Position numbers and translations under genes: made by a program
Part shown: piece by piece, positions 9,841 through 18,048 of the stretch
How the letters are laid out: each line of letters starts with the position of its first letter
How positions within the stretch are numbered: position 1 is the stretch's first letter
Notes under the pieces: model-generated
What the model saw: only the letters and a program-made list of their open reading frames with translations
Told to the model about the DNA's origin: nothing
The model's database searches: none
Origin: an uncultured Methanosarcinales archaeon
GTDB taxonomy: Archaea; Nanobdellota; Nanobdellia; Woesearchaeales; CAZYIM01
Length of the DNA: 22,399 nt
Assembly (NCBI GenBank): GCA_964647565.1
Contig: CAZYIM010000012.1
Coordinates: forward strand, 1 to 22,399
Reading direction: 5' to 3'

Positions 9841-10898
9841 TTTTGATTCTTAGCTTTTTCTCTTAGCTCCTTTGATGAAACCACCTGACTGCCGCAACAA
9901 GTTCTGCAACAAGGATACATCCTATTATCTGCAATGCTTTCCCTTACAGAAGAAAAGAATTCTCCTTTCCAGATATCCTCAAGTTTATTTTCGGTTATGT
10001 TTATTTTATTAAAGCTTGAGCCATAACAGGGCTCAACAAAACCATTCTCCCTTACACCAATATACAACCAGGGTAAATGGCAGTGGTAACCAATAATGCC
10101 TGCATCTTGATGATTAGTTTCTTTTTGAATTACAGTTCCTAACTCACAGCTCTTGCTCACCATTTCTTGATCCCTAAAAAATTCAAGATTTTCATCTATT
10201 CCTAGTTCCTCAGCAAGCCTAATCAGTTTAGGAATAGATCTCTGGAACTGTTGTTCTTGCTTTTTGTTGAGCAATAGGGACTTCACTTTCGGTGTCCTTT
10301 CTTGCAAGACTTGAAGGCGAAAACAATCTAATCCTAATCCATTTATCAGATGAAAAATTTGCTTGATTTTATTGAAATTCTGATTTGTAAGAAGGGTCGC
10401 TATCTCAACCCGAGTTTTTCCTTTAAACCATTTTAGGGTTTGAATAGTTTTTTCAAACGAACCCTTTACTCCCCTCAAACCATCATGAATCTCTACATCA
10501 GGCCCATCAAGACTGACTAGCACTTCATCCCAATCCATTTTTTCTATTATTTCTATATCTTTTTTTTCTAGAAGAGTGGCATTAGTCACAATTGTACCTG
10601 TCATGCCAAATTCTTTTGCCTTTTGCATGATCATAAGTGCTGTTTTTTTGCGAAGGAATAGCTCTCCACTACCATCAATATTTAGGTGTTTGATTCCAAG
10701 TTCATTAGCTTGTTCTAGAATGTCCAGTAAAATCTCAGAAGAAAGCTCTTCAGAAGGGGATGTCGTGTGCCTCTCACAGGACAGACACTTAAGATTACAT
10801 CGTTCTGTCAAGCGAAGATTTAAAACAAGAGGCGGCTGTGGTTGTCCATTTGACCATGCTAAAATATGTTTTATCCCCCCCTTATCTAAATCATCCAT
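9837..10898 (-). CDS. Radical SAM protein with Twitch domain
   Basis: CNLKCLSC, GSGEL, VTNA, WDEVLVSLDG..HDGLRGVKGSF; C-X17-C-X39-CxxCC, preceded by an extra Cys. Confidence 0.92.
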   Translation of the reverse strand: MDDLDKGGIKHILAWSNGQPQPPLVLNLRLTERCNLKCLSCERHTTSPSEELSSEILLDILEQANELGIKHLNIDGSGELFLRKKTALMIMQKAKEFGMTGTIVTNATLLEKKDIEIIEKMDWDEVLVSLDGPDVEIHDGLRGVKGSFEKTIQTLKWFKGKTRVEIATLLTNQNFNKIKQIFHLINGLGLDCFRLQVLQERTPKVKSLLLNKKQEQQFQRSIPKLIRLAEELGIDENLEFFRDQEMVSKSCELGTVIQKETNHQDAGIIGYHCHLPWLYIGVRENGFVEPCYGSSFNKINITENKLEDIWKGEFFSSVRESIADNRMYPCCRTCCGSQVVSSKELREKAKNQK

Positions 10899-10916
10899 GC
10901 GTTACTGGAACCAACG

Positions 10917-10949
10917 TGGATTTAAATAATTTGACATTTTTTAAATCCA
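10917..10949. promoter_or_regulatory. Imperfect inverted repeat overlapping a TATA-like box (candidate promoter/operator)
   Basis: TGGATTTAAA (10917-10926) and TTTAAATCCA (10940-10949) are perfect 10-bp arms, extending to 13/14 matches around a 5-nt loop. ATTTAAAT lies 22-29 nt upstream of ATG 10898. Confidence 0.55.
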
Positions 10950-10978
10950 AATATGGTCGCGCCACGAACAGGTAATGC

Positions 10979-11998
10979 CTATTTATAAATGAACTTTGCA
11001 TTACATTTTTCCCTATACTCTTTGAAATTGACAATACATTGTCCAGTACATCGAGATAAGCAAAACCGTTTATAATCTTTAATTATACGCTTTAAGCATG
11101 CCCTTAGAGACGTTGATCTAATATTACCATAAGAATAAGGTACGGGTGGACAGAAGGTCACATCTCCTGTCGGTAATACACATATATGTTCGGCACCACC
11201 TCCAGTACAATGACTCGACTCTGAATAAAATTCTAATAGAGGATAAGGTATATCTTTATTGAATTTCTTTCTAAACTGATCTCTTTCTTGGGGAGTAAGA
11301 TTCTCATCAAAACGATCAAATAGATGGCCAGAGAGTAAGGGAAAATAGGTAAATACATCCATAACTCCAAGTTTTTTTCCCAGTTTTGAAACACCTTCAA
11401 GCTCATTAAAGTTATTTTTAGAAACATAAGTCCAAATCCGAGTAGTAATCCCCTTTTGTGAGGCAAGTTTCAGACCAGTTACGGCTTTTTCAAAGCATCC
11501 TTTAACTCCTCTAAGTTGATCATGCACGAATTTATCAGCACTATCGATTGAGACGACTAGCTCATAAATACCTGCTGACTTAAGCTTGGTAATGAGTCTT
11601 TCATTTAAGACTAAGCCATTAGTAACCACACTCACTTTTAATTTTTTTTTGGAAGCAAATTTGATCAGTTCAAGTGCATCATTCCTGAGTAAAAATTCTC
11701 CACTACAAAAATAAACCTTAGAACCACCTAAATTCTTGAATTGGCGCATTATGTCTTTAACCTCTTCTGTCGCAAGCGAACCAAGGAGATTATTATGTGT
11801 GTGTTTTTCATAACAATGAACGCAGTTCGCATTACACTCATGGGAACAAGAAATAAATATGCTTTTAATGTTTAAAATACCTAAAGGCGCCAAAATATAG
11901 CATTTGATTGAAAATCTAAGTCTGCTGAGATAAACCCACCTTACATTAACAAATCTTATGAAATTTATGAAGTTCATTTTTATTATTTCCGCATTCAT
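10979..11998 (-). CDS. Radical SAM protein with Cys-rich SPASM-like C-terminus (PqqE/AhbD-like barrel)
   Basis: CNANCVHC, CSGEFLLR, VTNG, VSIDS...HDQLRGVKGCF; C-terminal CTGG...ICV..TGDVTFC....YGNI...C...C...C...C...C. TAATG overlap with the upstream gene at 11998. Confidence 0.9.
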   Translation of the reverse strand: MNAEIIKMNFINFIRFVNVRWVYLSRLRFSIKCYILAPLGILNIKSIFISCSHECNANCVHCYEKHTHNNLLGSLATEEVKDIMRQFKNLGGSKVYFCSGEFLLRNDALELIKFASKKKLKVSVVTNGLVLNERLITKLKSAGIYELVVSIDSADKFVHDQLRGVKGCFEKAVTGLKLASQKGITTRIWTYVSKNNFNELEGVSKLGKKLGVMDVFTYFPLLSGHLFDRFDENLTPQERDQFRKKFNKDIPYPLLEFYSESSHCTGGGAEHICVLPTGDVTFCPPVPYSYGNIRSTSLRACLKRIIKDYKRFCLSRCTGQCIVNFKEYREKCNAKFIYK

Positions 11999-13383
11999 TA
12001 ATAAATATTTCTGAAGACATTAAAAACTGATTTAACAACCCAAGTAAACTCATCCAAAGATTTTATTGAATTCAGTAATCGCAAGATTCTTCCCCTGTAA
12101 AACAGCATGTATGCCCTCTTTTGATATTTTGCAATATCTTTTGAGGACAAGTCTTCAAGTTCAAAATATGCTCTCTTTGCAAAAAAACCTGTATTGAAAT
12201 TTATCATCTTTTCTTTGTCTTTTTTCAACAAAATTACTTTTTTTTCTAATTCGGTTCCCGGAAGGGGCATTGCCAATGCAAAATTCGCTGTGTCAAGATC
12301 ACTGTTCTTTGCAAAAGATATGGTCTTTTCAATACTCTTTCTTGTATCTCCGGGTAGGCCTAATATAAAAAGGCCTGTTGTTATTATCCCTTCATTCTTA
12401 AACCAACGTATAGCTTGCTGCACCTTACCCAGGTCAAGTTGCTTACCAAGAATCTTAAGTACAGTTGTATCCGCGGATTCAACACCTAAAGCAACCTTGA
12501 ATACGCCTGCACGTTTCATTTTAATGACCAATTTCTCTGAAATACAGTCCGCCCTTATACCATTCTGTAAATGAATTGCTACATCAATATTCTTTCTTAT
12601 AATTAAATCAAAAATTTTTTCAGCACGTTTCAAATCATAACTAAAATTATCATCAAGAATATCAATCTGTTTTACACCAAAATGCCTTACTAGGTACTCA
12701 ATTTCAGATACTACATTCTGTGGAGACCTAGCTCTGAATTTATTACCAAAAATGTTTTTATTGCAATTGATACATAAAAAGGGGCATCCTCTGCTAGTAA
12801 TTATTGGCGCTACAGGTTTCTTTCTGTATCTACAGGAATAAAAACTCAGAGATACAATATCATCATAGTCAGGAAAAGGTATCGCGTCAAGGTTATTAAT
12901 CATTTCTCGTCCAGGATTTTTAACAAGAGATCCCTTATCTAAATAACCTATTCCCCGAATCTTTTTTAAGTTAAATTTCATTGTAAGGTCGTAAAACGTT
13001 ATTTCGCCTTCGCCTAAAACTACACAGTCAGCATGAGAGTCTTGTAGTGTTTTTTTTGGCATTGAACTAGCATAGGGCCCTCCTATTACAACTTTCGCAC
13101 CTGTTTTTTCTTTTATCAAATTCGAAAGTCGCATCCCTGCTTGTGCAGATATTATGTTGGTATAAATTCCTACCAGTTCAGGATTATCGTTTTTAATCAT
13201 ATCTAGCACAATCCTGTCAGACATCTTATGTACTTTTGCATCGATTATGCTACAGCCAATACCATGTTTTCTAAGGTATGATGCTATATAAAGCAAACCT
13301 AGCGGGGGATATATTATGGTATCATTAATGCCCTTTGCACAAGGGGAATATGGATTGATCAAAATAACATTATTATAGTTCAT
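11998..13383 (-). CDS. Cobalamin-binding radical SAM protein (class B methyltransferase-like; start likely 13383)
   Basis: VILINP, YPPLGLLYIASYL, VIGGPY, GEGE, TSRGCPFLCINC, ILDDNF, LGVES, FILGLPGDT. ATG 13383 lies 4 nt after the upstream stop. Confidence 0.92.
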   Translation of the reverse strand: MNYNNVILINPYSPCAKGINDTIIYPPLGLLYIASYLRKHGIGCSIIDAKVHKMSDRIVLDMIKNDNPELVGIYTNIISAQAGMRLSNLIKEKTGAKVVIGGPYASSMPKKTLQDSHADCVVLGEGEITFYDLTMKFNLKKIRGIGYLDKGSLVKNPGREMINNLDAIPFPDYDDIVSLSFYSCRYRKKPVAPIITSRGCPFLCINCNKNIFGNKFRARSPQNVVSEIEYLVRHFGVKQIDILDDNFSYDLKRAEKIFDLIIRKNIDVAIHLQNGIRADCISEKLVIKMKRAGVFKVALGVESADTTVLKILGKQLDLGKVQQAIRWFKNEGIITTGLFILGLPGDTRKSIEKTISFAKNSDLDTANFALAMPLPGTELEKKVILLKKDKEKMINFNTGFFAKRAYFELEDLSSKDIAKYQKRAYMLFYRGRILRLLNSIKSLDEFTWVVKSVFNVFRNIY

Positions 13384-13387
13384 AATA

Positions 13388-14884
13388 TCAACCGAAAATT
13401 CTCTTAAAACCGTAATGTAAATATTGGTAAATAAGTTCAAAAAGGGAAAATTGAATACCTATCTTTTTTTTCCCTGATAAAAAATTGTTATACTTAACAA
13501 GAAGAAGATAAAAAGAGTTTCTTGGTTGAGATGGTAAAAACTTATAGAAACCATTTTGAAGTACATATTTTATTGTTTTCTTAGGTAGCAATACCGTCAA
13601 TCTAATCAAGGATGTGATTTTCCCTTCATCTTTACTAAATGTATCTCCGCCAAATGTAAAAAATTGAGTATGAAGACTTTTCTCGTATTCTTCGATTTTC
13701 TCTTTTGTCAAAACCTTGTGCTTCTTCGCAATTTTGACAATATCTGTCCTCGGGAAATATCTAAGCCAAAATATGTTTATATAATCCACAGGATTTTCCA
13801 TGTAGAATTGAACCAAATCAAATAAATCATTTTTTGTCTGGGTTGGGACGCCAAAAAGATTATCTGTAATTGTAAAAATTCCGTATTTAGCCAGTAGCCT
13901 TATCCCTTCACTCAACTGTTTATCTGTACTTTCTCTACATAAAATCTCTTTCCTTATTCTCTCATTGGAGGATTGGATGCCAATTTCGACAGTTATACAC
14001 CCCGCCTTGTTTAACAAATTTACGGACTCCTCATTCAAGAGGGCTGGATGTAACCAGCAAAAAAAAGGGAGATTAATATCTTGTTTATACTTAATAGCAA
14101 ATTCTCTAAGCCATTTAATGTCTAAGTTAAAGGTTTCGTCATGAAAAATAACAGATCTAATATCGTATTTCTTCTTTGCTATCTTCAGTTCTTTAATGAC
14201 ATTATCAACACTTCGACGCCGAAAATATTTTTTATCAAATTTGTAAACTTTCCTCAAGACAGAATTGTTGCAATAGCTACATCTAAATGGGCATCCCCTC
14301 GCAGTCATTATTGTGTATGTTCTGGAGAAATTGGGTATCTTTTTTCTGAATAGATCCTTGTCAGGAATCGTCAGGATATCAAGATTCTTGGTCAATGGCC
14401 TAACAGGATTCTTTATAATCTTTCCATTAGTTTTAAACCAAATATTTAGGATGTCCTGTCTGTTCTCTTTTTTAGCTAATGATCTGATCAACTCTGCAAA
14501 GGCCTCCTCGCCTTCACCTACGCAAATCATATCAACAAAGTCATTATTGATTACTTCCTCGGGCATTGATGTTGGATGAATACCGCCGAATATAATAGGC
14601 ACGTCCATTTTCTTCTTAATCGCAATGGCTAGCTCGCAAGCCCACACATATTTATCTGAGATAACTGAGAAGGCTATGAGATCTGGTTTCCACTTGAGCA
14701 ACTCATTAATAATTCTATGTTTGAAGCTAAAAAAATTTTTAAGTCTTTTAGATTGAAAGTAACTATCGTCGAACAAGGATGGCTCAAAAAACAATCTACT
14801 TTCGTAGCCTTCGGATTTTACAACTGCTGAAAGATACTCAACATTTAAGCCGTCTAGTTCTGAATGAATAAAAGCAACCTTCAT
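13388..14884 (-). CDS. Cobalamin-binding radical SAM protein (class B methyltransferase-like)
   Basis: EYLSAV, PDLIAFS, IFGGIHPT, VGEGEE, TARGCPFRCSYC, RRSVDNVIKE, FHDETF, IGIQS, FPRT. Confidence 0.92.
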   Translation of the reverse strand: MKVAFIHSELDGLNVEYLSAVVKSEGYESRLFFEPSLFDDSYFQSKRLKNFFSFKHRIINELLKWKPDLIAFSVISDKYVWACELAIAIKKKMDVPIIFGGIHPTSMPEEVINNDFVDMICVGEGEEAFAELIRSLAKKENRQDILNIWFKTNGKIIKNPVRPLTKNLDILTIPDKDLFRKKIPNFSRTYTIMTARGCPFRCSYCNNSVLRKVYKFDKKYFRRRSVDNVIKELKIAKKKYDIRSVIFHDETFNLDIKWLREFAIKYKQDINLPFFCWLHPALLNEESVNLLNKAGCITVEIGIQSSNERIRKEILCRESTDKQLSEGIRLLAKYGIFTITDNLFGVPTQTKNDLFDLVQFYMENPVDYINIFWLRYFPRTDIVKIAKKHKVLTKEKIEEYEKSLHTQFFTFGGDTFSKDEGKITSLIRLTVLLPKKTIKYVLQNGFYKFLPSQPRNSFYLLLVKYNNFLSGKKKIGIQFSLFELIYQYLHYGFKRIFG

Positions 14885-14954
14885 TTTATATTTAGTCTAA
14901 CTTCTTTTTTAGTTCAGTAATTGATCAACCACACCAACCCCGCCAATAGTATTG

Positions 14955-15018
14955 TGAAGTTGATGAAAGTATAAAAAAGTTTTTATAATCTATCACCGTG
15001 GACTAATTTAGAATCACT
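14955..15018. promoter_or_regulatory. Divergent promoter region (back-to-back TATA-like boxes)
   Basis: GTATAAAAAAGTTTTTATAAT (14969-14989) reads TTTTATAC on the minus strand and TTTATAAT on the plus strand. TTGATG-N18-TATAAT also fits a sigma70 promoter, so the type is ambiguous. Confidence 0.45.
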
Positions 15019-15028
15019 CTGATTAAAA

Positions 15029-16855
15029 ATGCCCAGGGCGTTAAAATATAACAAAATCTTACTCCTAGTCTTAATAATTATATTCATAATATTCACCTCA
15101 ATATGGCTTTATTTTGATAATTTTGTTATAACTCATGATCAATCACTATATTTAGTGGATAGTGTTCGAATATATAATGATATGCGAGGATCCGAGAATA
15201 GTATAACTAAGTTATTTACATCTCAAAGTTGGAACCCTCCCGCCATCCCATTTATCACGGCAGTTTTATATCATTTTACTGGAATGTCTCCAGACATAGC
15301 AATTTTAACTATTTCCAGTTTGTTTGTTATGATTTTAGCTCTCTCCACATATTCTATTTGCAAAAGAATAAACTACGAGAAAATAGGTGTACTGGCAGTA
15401 TTCATTGTTCTTACATATCCTATAGTCTTCTTCCATTCAAGGCTCTATATGCTTGATTTGCCATTAACAGCTCTTGTAACTTTGGGTTTTTTACTATTAT
15501 TTATGTCTGAAAACTTCACAATACGGAAATATTCAATAGCAATAGGTATCATATTTGCAGTAGGTCAATTGACAAAGATATATTATTTAGGATATTTCCT
15601 ACTCCCATTAATATTTATATTCTTTAGAACAATAAAATCCAGTAAACTTATTAAGCTTGATAAAACAAGGCGAATAATTAACCTCGCCATATCAATAGTA
15701 ATTGGTGTTTTATTCTCAATTATTTTCTTCCTGTTCCGATTAAAGGAAAGAACCCTACAAAAATTTTTTTCGCTAAACACAAATCCCAGCATAGGTACTT
15801 GGCAAATTGAGGCAATAATTGTCAGCATTCGAACGCAAATACCCAACATCATAGTATTTTTTATATTTTGCTTCCTTCTAATAACACTAATTAAGCAAAT
15901 AAAAAATAAAAAATTTTCTAAGGGTAATAGGATATTAATAATCACTACATTAGTCATTTCTACAAGTGTGTTTATGTTTTTACATTTTAAAACCCAAGAA
16001 TATCTACAATTAGCTTATGGCGAACGGATGGTTCCCTTTTACTGGTTTTTTGCTAGGTTTGTGGACACACAAATTTCCTTTTTCTATTCAGCTCTCTTAA
16101 TAATAGGATTTATATTATATATTAGATTGTGCGATATGAAAAATAAGAAAATCATACTAATTTGGCTTCTCGGCCCGTTTTTATATGCCGCTTTTTTTTT
16201 GTATATTAGCAGTATACGCCACACCATGCCTATTCTGCCAGCCGCAGCCATAATTACCGCTTCAGCAGTTATAGCAATAAAACGAAAACATTATGCTAGG
16301 ATATTGGTAATATTAATTCTTACAACAGGATTATCTATATTTATCATCAATTCTGTCGCGATAGAAAATGAAAAAACTTATTCAACCTTTGATTCTTTCA
16401 GATTGATTATCCACAATGAAAGACGTCTAAGATCCTCAACAGCAGTCAAATTTCCTTGGAATCATTCAGATGCTATAGTAAATTATGTTTATAATCACTC
16501 TAGAGCTCAATCGCTAGATAAACCTGTATCTGTTCTTATTGTCTCAAACAATGATGTTTTTTTAAACTCACAAATTTGTAATTATTATTCTCTGTTAAAT
16601 AATTATCCTATTACGTGGAATGATGTCGAGTTAACAAATGCAAATAGTCTGGCTAAATTAAAAAATTATGACTACATCATTGTTGAACTTTCGGACTTGG
16701 ATTATACAGGTTTTCAAACCACTACAAACTATAACCAACTGCTTAAATCGGTTAGAGAACTGCTTCTTGAACAATACAAGGATCAATTTATCCATCTTAA
16801 ATATTTCCAGCTATCTAAAAAAACTAGTGTCGAAATACTCCTCCCAAGAAAATAA
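15029..16855 (+). CDS. ArnT/PMT-like GT-C membrane glycosyltransferase
   Basis: Polytopic; THDQSLY acidic loop, NPPAIPF, YPIVFFHSRLYMLDLPLTA, GQLTK, RHTMPILP, and a soluble C-terminal domain. Paralogous to 3207-4871. Confidence 0.87.
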   Translation: MPRALKYNKILLLVLIIIFIIFTSIWLYFDNFVITHDQSLYLVDSVRIYNDMRGSENSITKLFTSQSWNPPAIPFITAVLYHFTGMSPDIAILTISSLFVMILALSTYSICKRINYEKIGVLAVFIVLTYPIVFFHSRLYMLDLPLTALVTLGFLLLFMSENFTIRKYSIAIGIIFAVGQLTKIYYLGYFLLPLIFIFFRTIKSSKLIKLDKTRRIINLAISIVIGVLFSIIFFLFRLKERTLQKFFSLNTNPSIGTWQIEAIIVSIRTQIPNIIVFFIFCFLLITLIKQIKNKKFSKGNRILIITTLVISTSVFMFLHFKTQEYLQLAYGERMVPFYWFFARFVDTQISFFYSALLIIGFILYIRLCDMKNKKIILIWLLGPFLYAAFFLYISSIRHTMPILPAAAIITASAVIAIKRKHYARILVILILTTGLSIFIINSVAIENEKTYSTFDSFRLIIHNERRLRSSTAVKFPWNHSDAIVNYVYNHSRAQSLDKPVSVLIVSNNDVFLNSQICNYYSLLNNYPITWNDVELTNANSLAKLKNYDYIIVELSDLDYTGFQTTTNYNQLLKSVRELLLEQYKDQFIHLKYFQLSKKTSVEILLPRK

Positions 16856-16905
16856 TAGCTCTTTTCGAAACATAGGTTAGTACAATAATAGTTTTGCTAA
16901 TTCTT

Positions 16906-18036
16906 TTAATTAGATGAATTCCAAGCAGTAATTTCAAATAAAATACGTGTAAGTTGATTAGCAATAAACATATGGGTTCGTTTATTCGGGTGAGGATCAT
17001 ATTTGAAAGATAAATCATGCTTTTTACTATGATTTCTTATTGCTGGTGCCAAGTCATAATATGTGATGTTTTCATCAATATCATTCAAGTAATCCAAAGA
17101 ATTATAGGGATCAATATTTAATAAGATGAACTTAATATTGTTTTCTCTACAAATTTCATTGAACTCATTTATGATAGTATTACCCCTATTTTGCATATAG
17201 GTTTTAGAAGCATCTTTAGTTGAAGAATAATTATATCTTGACATAATATTCTCCCAAAGTTCTTCGTCATGTTTTTCAAATCTCTGTTTCAAGATAAGTA
17301 ATTGAATATGATAATTAAGATAACTCAGGAGATATGAGTTTTTTAAAAGATAATTATCCCTCTTATTGAAAAACGGGTCATCCCTCTCGAGATATAATGT
17401 CGTGGGCGCACTCTTAGGGTTTTTATAGCTCACATTTTCAATGTTATCCAAACCAATCTCCAAAAGATTAGTTGAATATCTCTCAATACTTGCAAAAGAG
17501 AGCAACAAGATAACATAATCTGACGAATATTTGACGCCTTCCTTCATAAAAAGCAATAACTCTTGATCGATACCATATCCAGGAACTCCGAAATTTATTA
17601 TTTCAAGGTCATCATTCTCGTTTTCGAGAATGTCCGTGAATCTTTCGCCGTATTTTACGCCTTCGCCAAATGTCAAACTATCACCAAAAGCCAATATTCT
17701 TATTTTGTTATGGGGTTTAGCGTAACTGTATTCCTTATCTCTAAGACCTTTTGAATTTATTTTGTATATTACAGAAAAATCTGAAGTCGTGGCCAAGACT
17801 TGTACATTAGGTCTAAGCCAATAAGATCTGTTATCGTGAATAAATAACTCTGCAGGTAATCTTTCAGGATTTTTTAATTCCTTCAAATACAATCCATAAT
17901 CTATACCTTCCCAGGTTCCAATTAGCCTCCATACTATTTCAGCCATCAATAAAATAATAACTACTGTGAAAAGCAGAACAAGGAGCCTCTTTATCAAATG
18001 AGTTTTTGTTCTCTTTTTCATTCTAAATAGGGTCAT
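16906..18036 (-). CDS. Membrane-anchored SGNH/GDSL hydrolase-like protein
   Basis: TM helix ending AEIVWR, INSKGLRD, FGDSLTFG, NFGVPGYGIDQ, DPHP. Confidence 0.87.
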   Translation of the reverse strand: MTLFRMKKRTKTHLIKRLLVLLFTVVIILLMAEIVWRLIGTWEGIDYGLYLKELKNPERLPAELFIHDNRSYWLRPNVQVLATTSDFSVIYKINSKGLRDKEYSYAKPHNKIRILAFGDSLTFGEGVKYGERFTDILENENDDLEIINFGVPGYGIDQELLLFMKEGVKYSSDYVILLLSFASIERYSTNLLEIGLDNIENVSYKNPKSAPTTLYLERDDPFFNKRDNYLLKNSYLLSYLNYHIQLLILKQRFEKHDEELWENIMSRYNYSSTKDASKTYMQNRGNTIINEFNEICRENNIKFILLNIDPYNSLDYLNDIDENITYYDLAPAIRNHSKKHDLSFKYDPHPNKRTHMFIANQLTRILFEITAWNSSN

Positions 18037-18048
18037 ACAATAGATATT

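Noticed and set aside
2052..10898. Integron-like cassette array explaining the gene alternation
   Set aside because: Gaps are at most about 30 nt or the genes overlap, with no repeated attC-like sites and no integrase.
10931..10957. Perfect TTGACA -35 hexamer on the plus strand
   Set aside because: The nearest -10-like hexamer (TATGGT) is at 15-nt spacing and would point antisense into a gene; probably chance.
8212..14884. Specific names for the B12-rSAMs (hpnP, bchE, grsA/B) or pqqE/ahbD/moaA for the others
   Set aside because: The motifs support only family-level calls, and none of the cognate pathway genes are present.
14909..14935. Tiny minus-strand ORF (GTG GTT GAT CAA TTA CTG AAC TAA) and an ACCACACC 8-mer also found at 566-573
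   Set aside because: Seven codons with no supporting features, and a single 8-mer match is weak evidence.
16856..16905. Bidirectional terminator between the converging GT-C and SGNH genes
   Set aside because: Only short T-tracts and a weak TTTCGAAA palindrome are present; there is no convincing stem.
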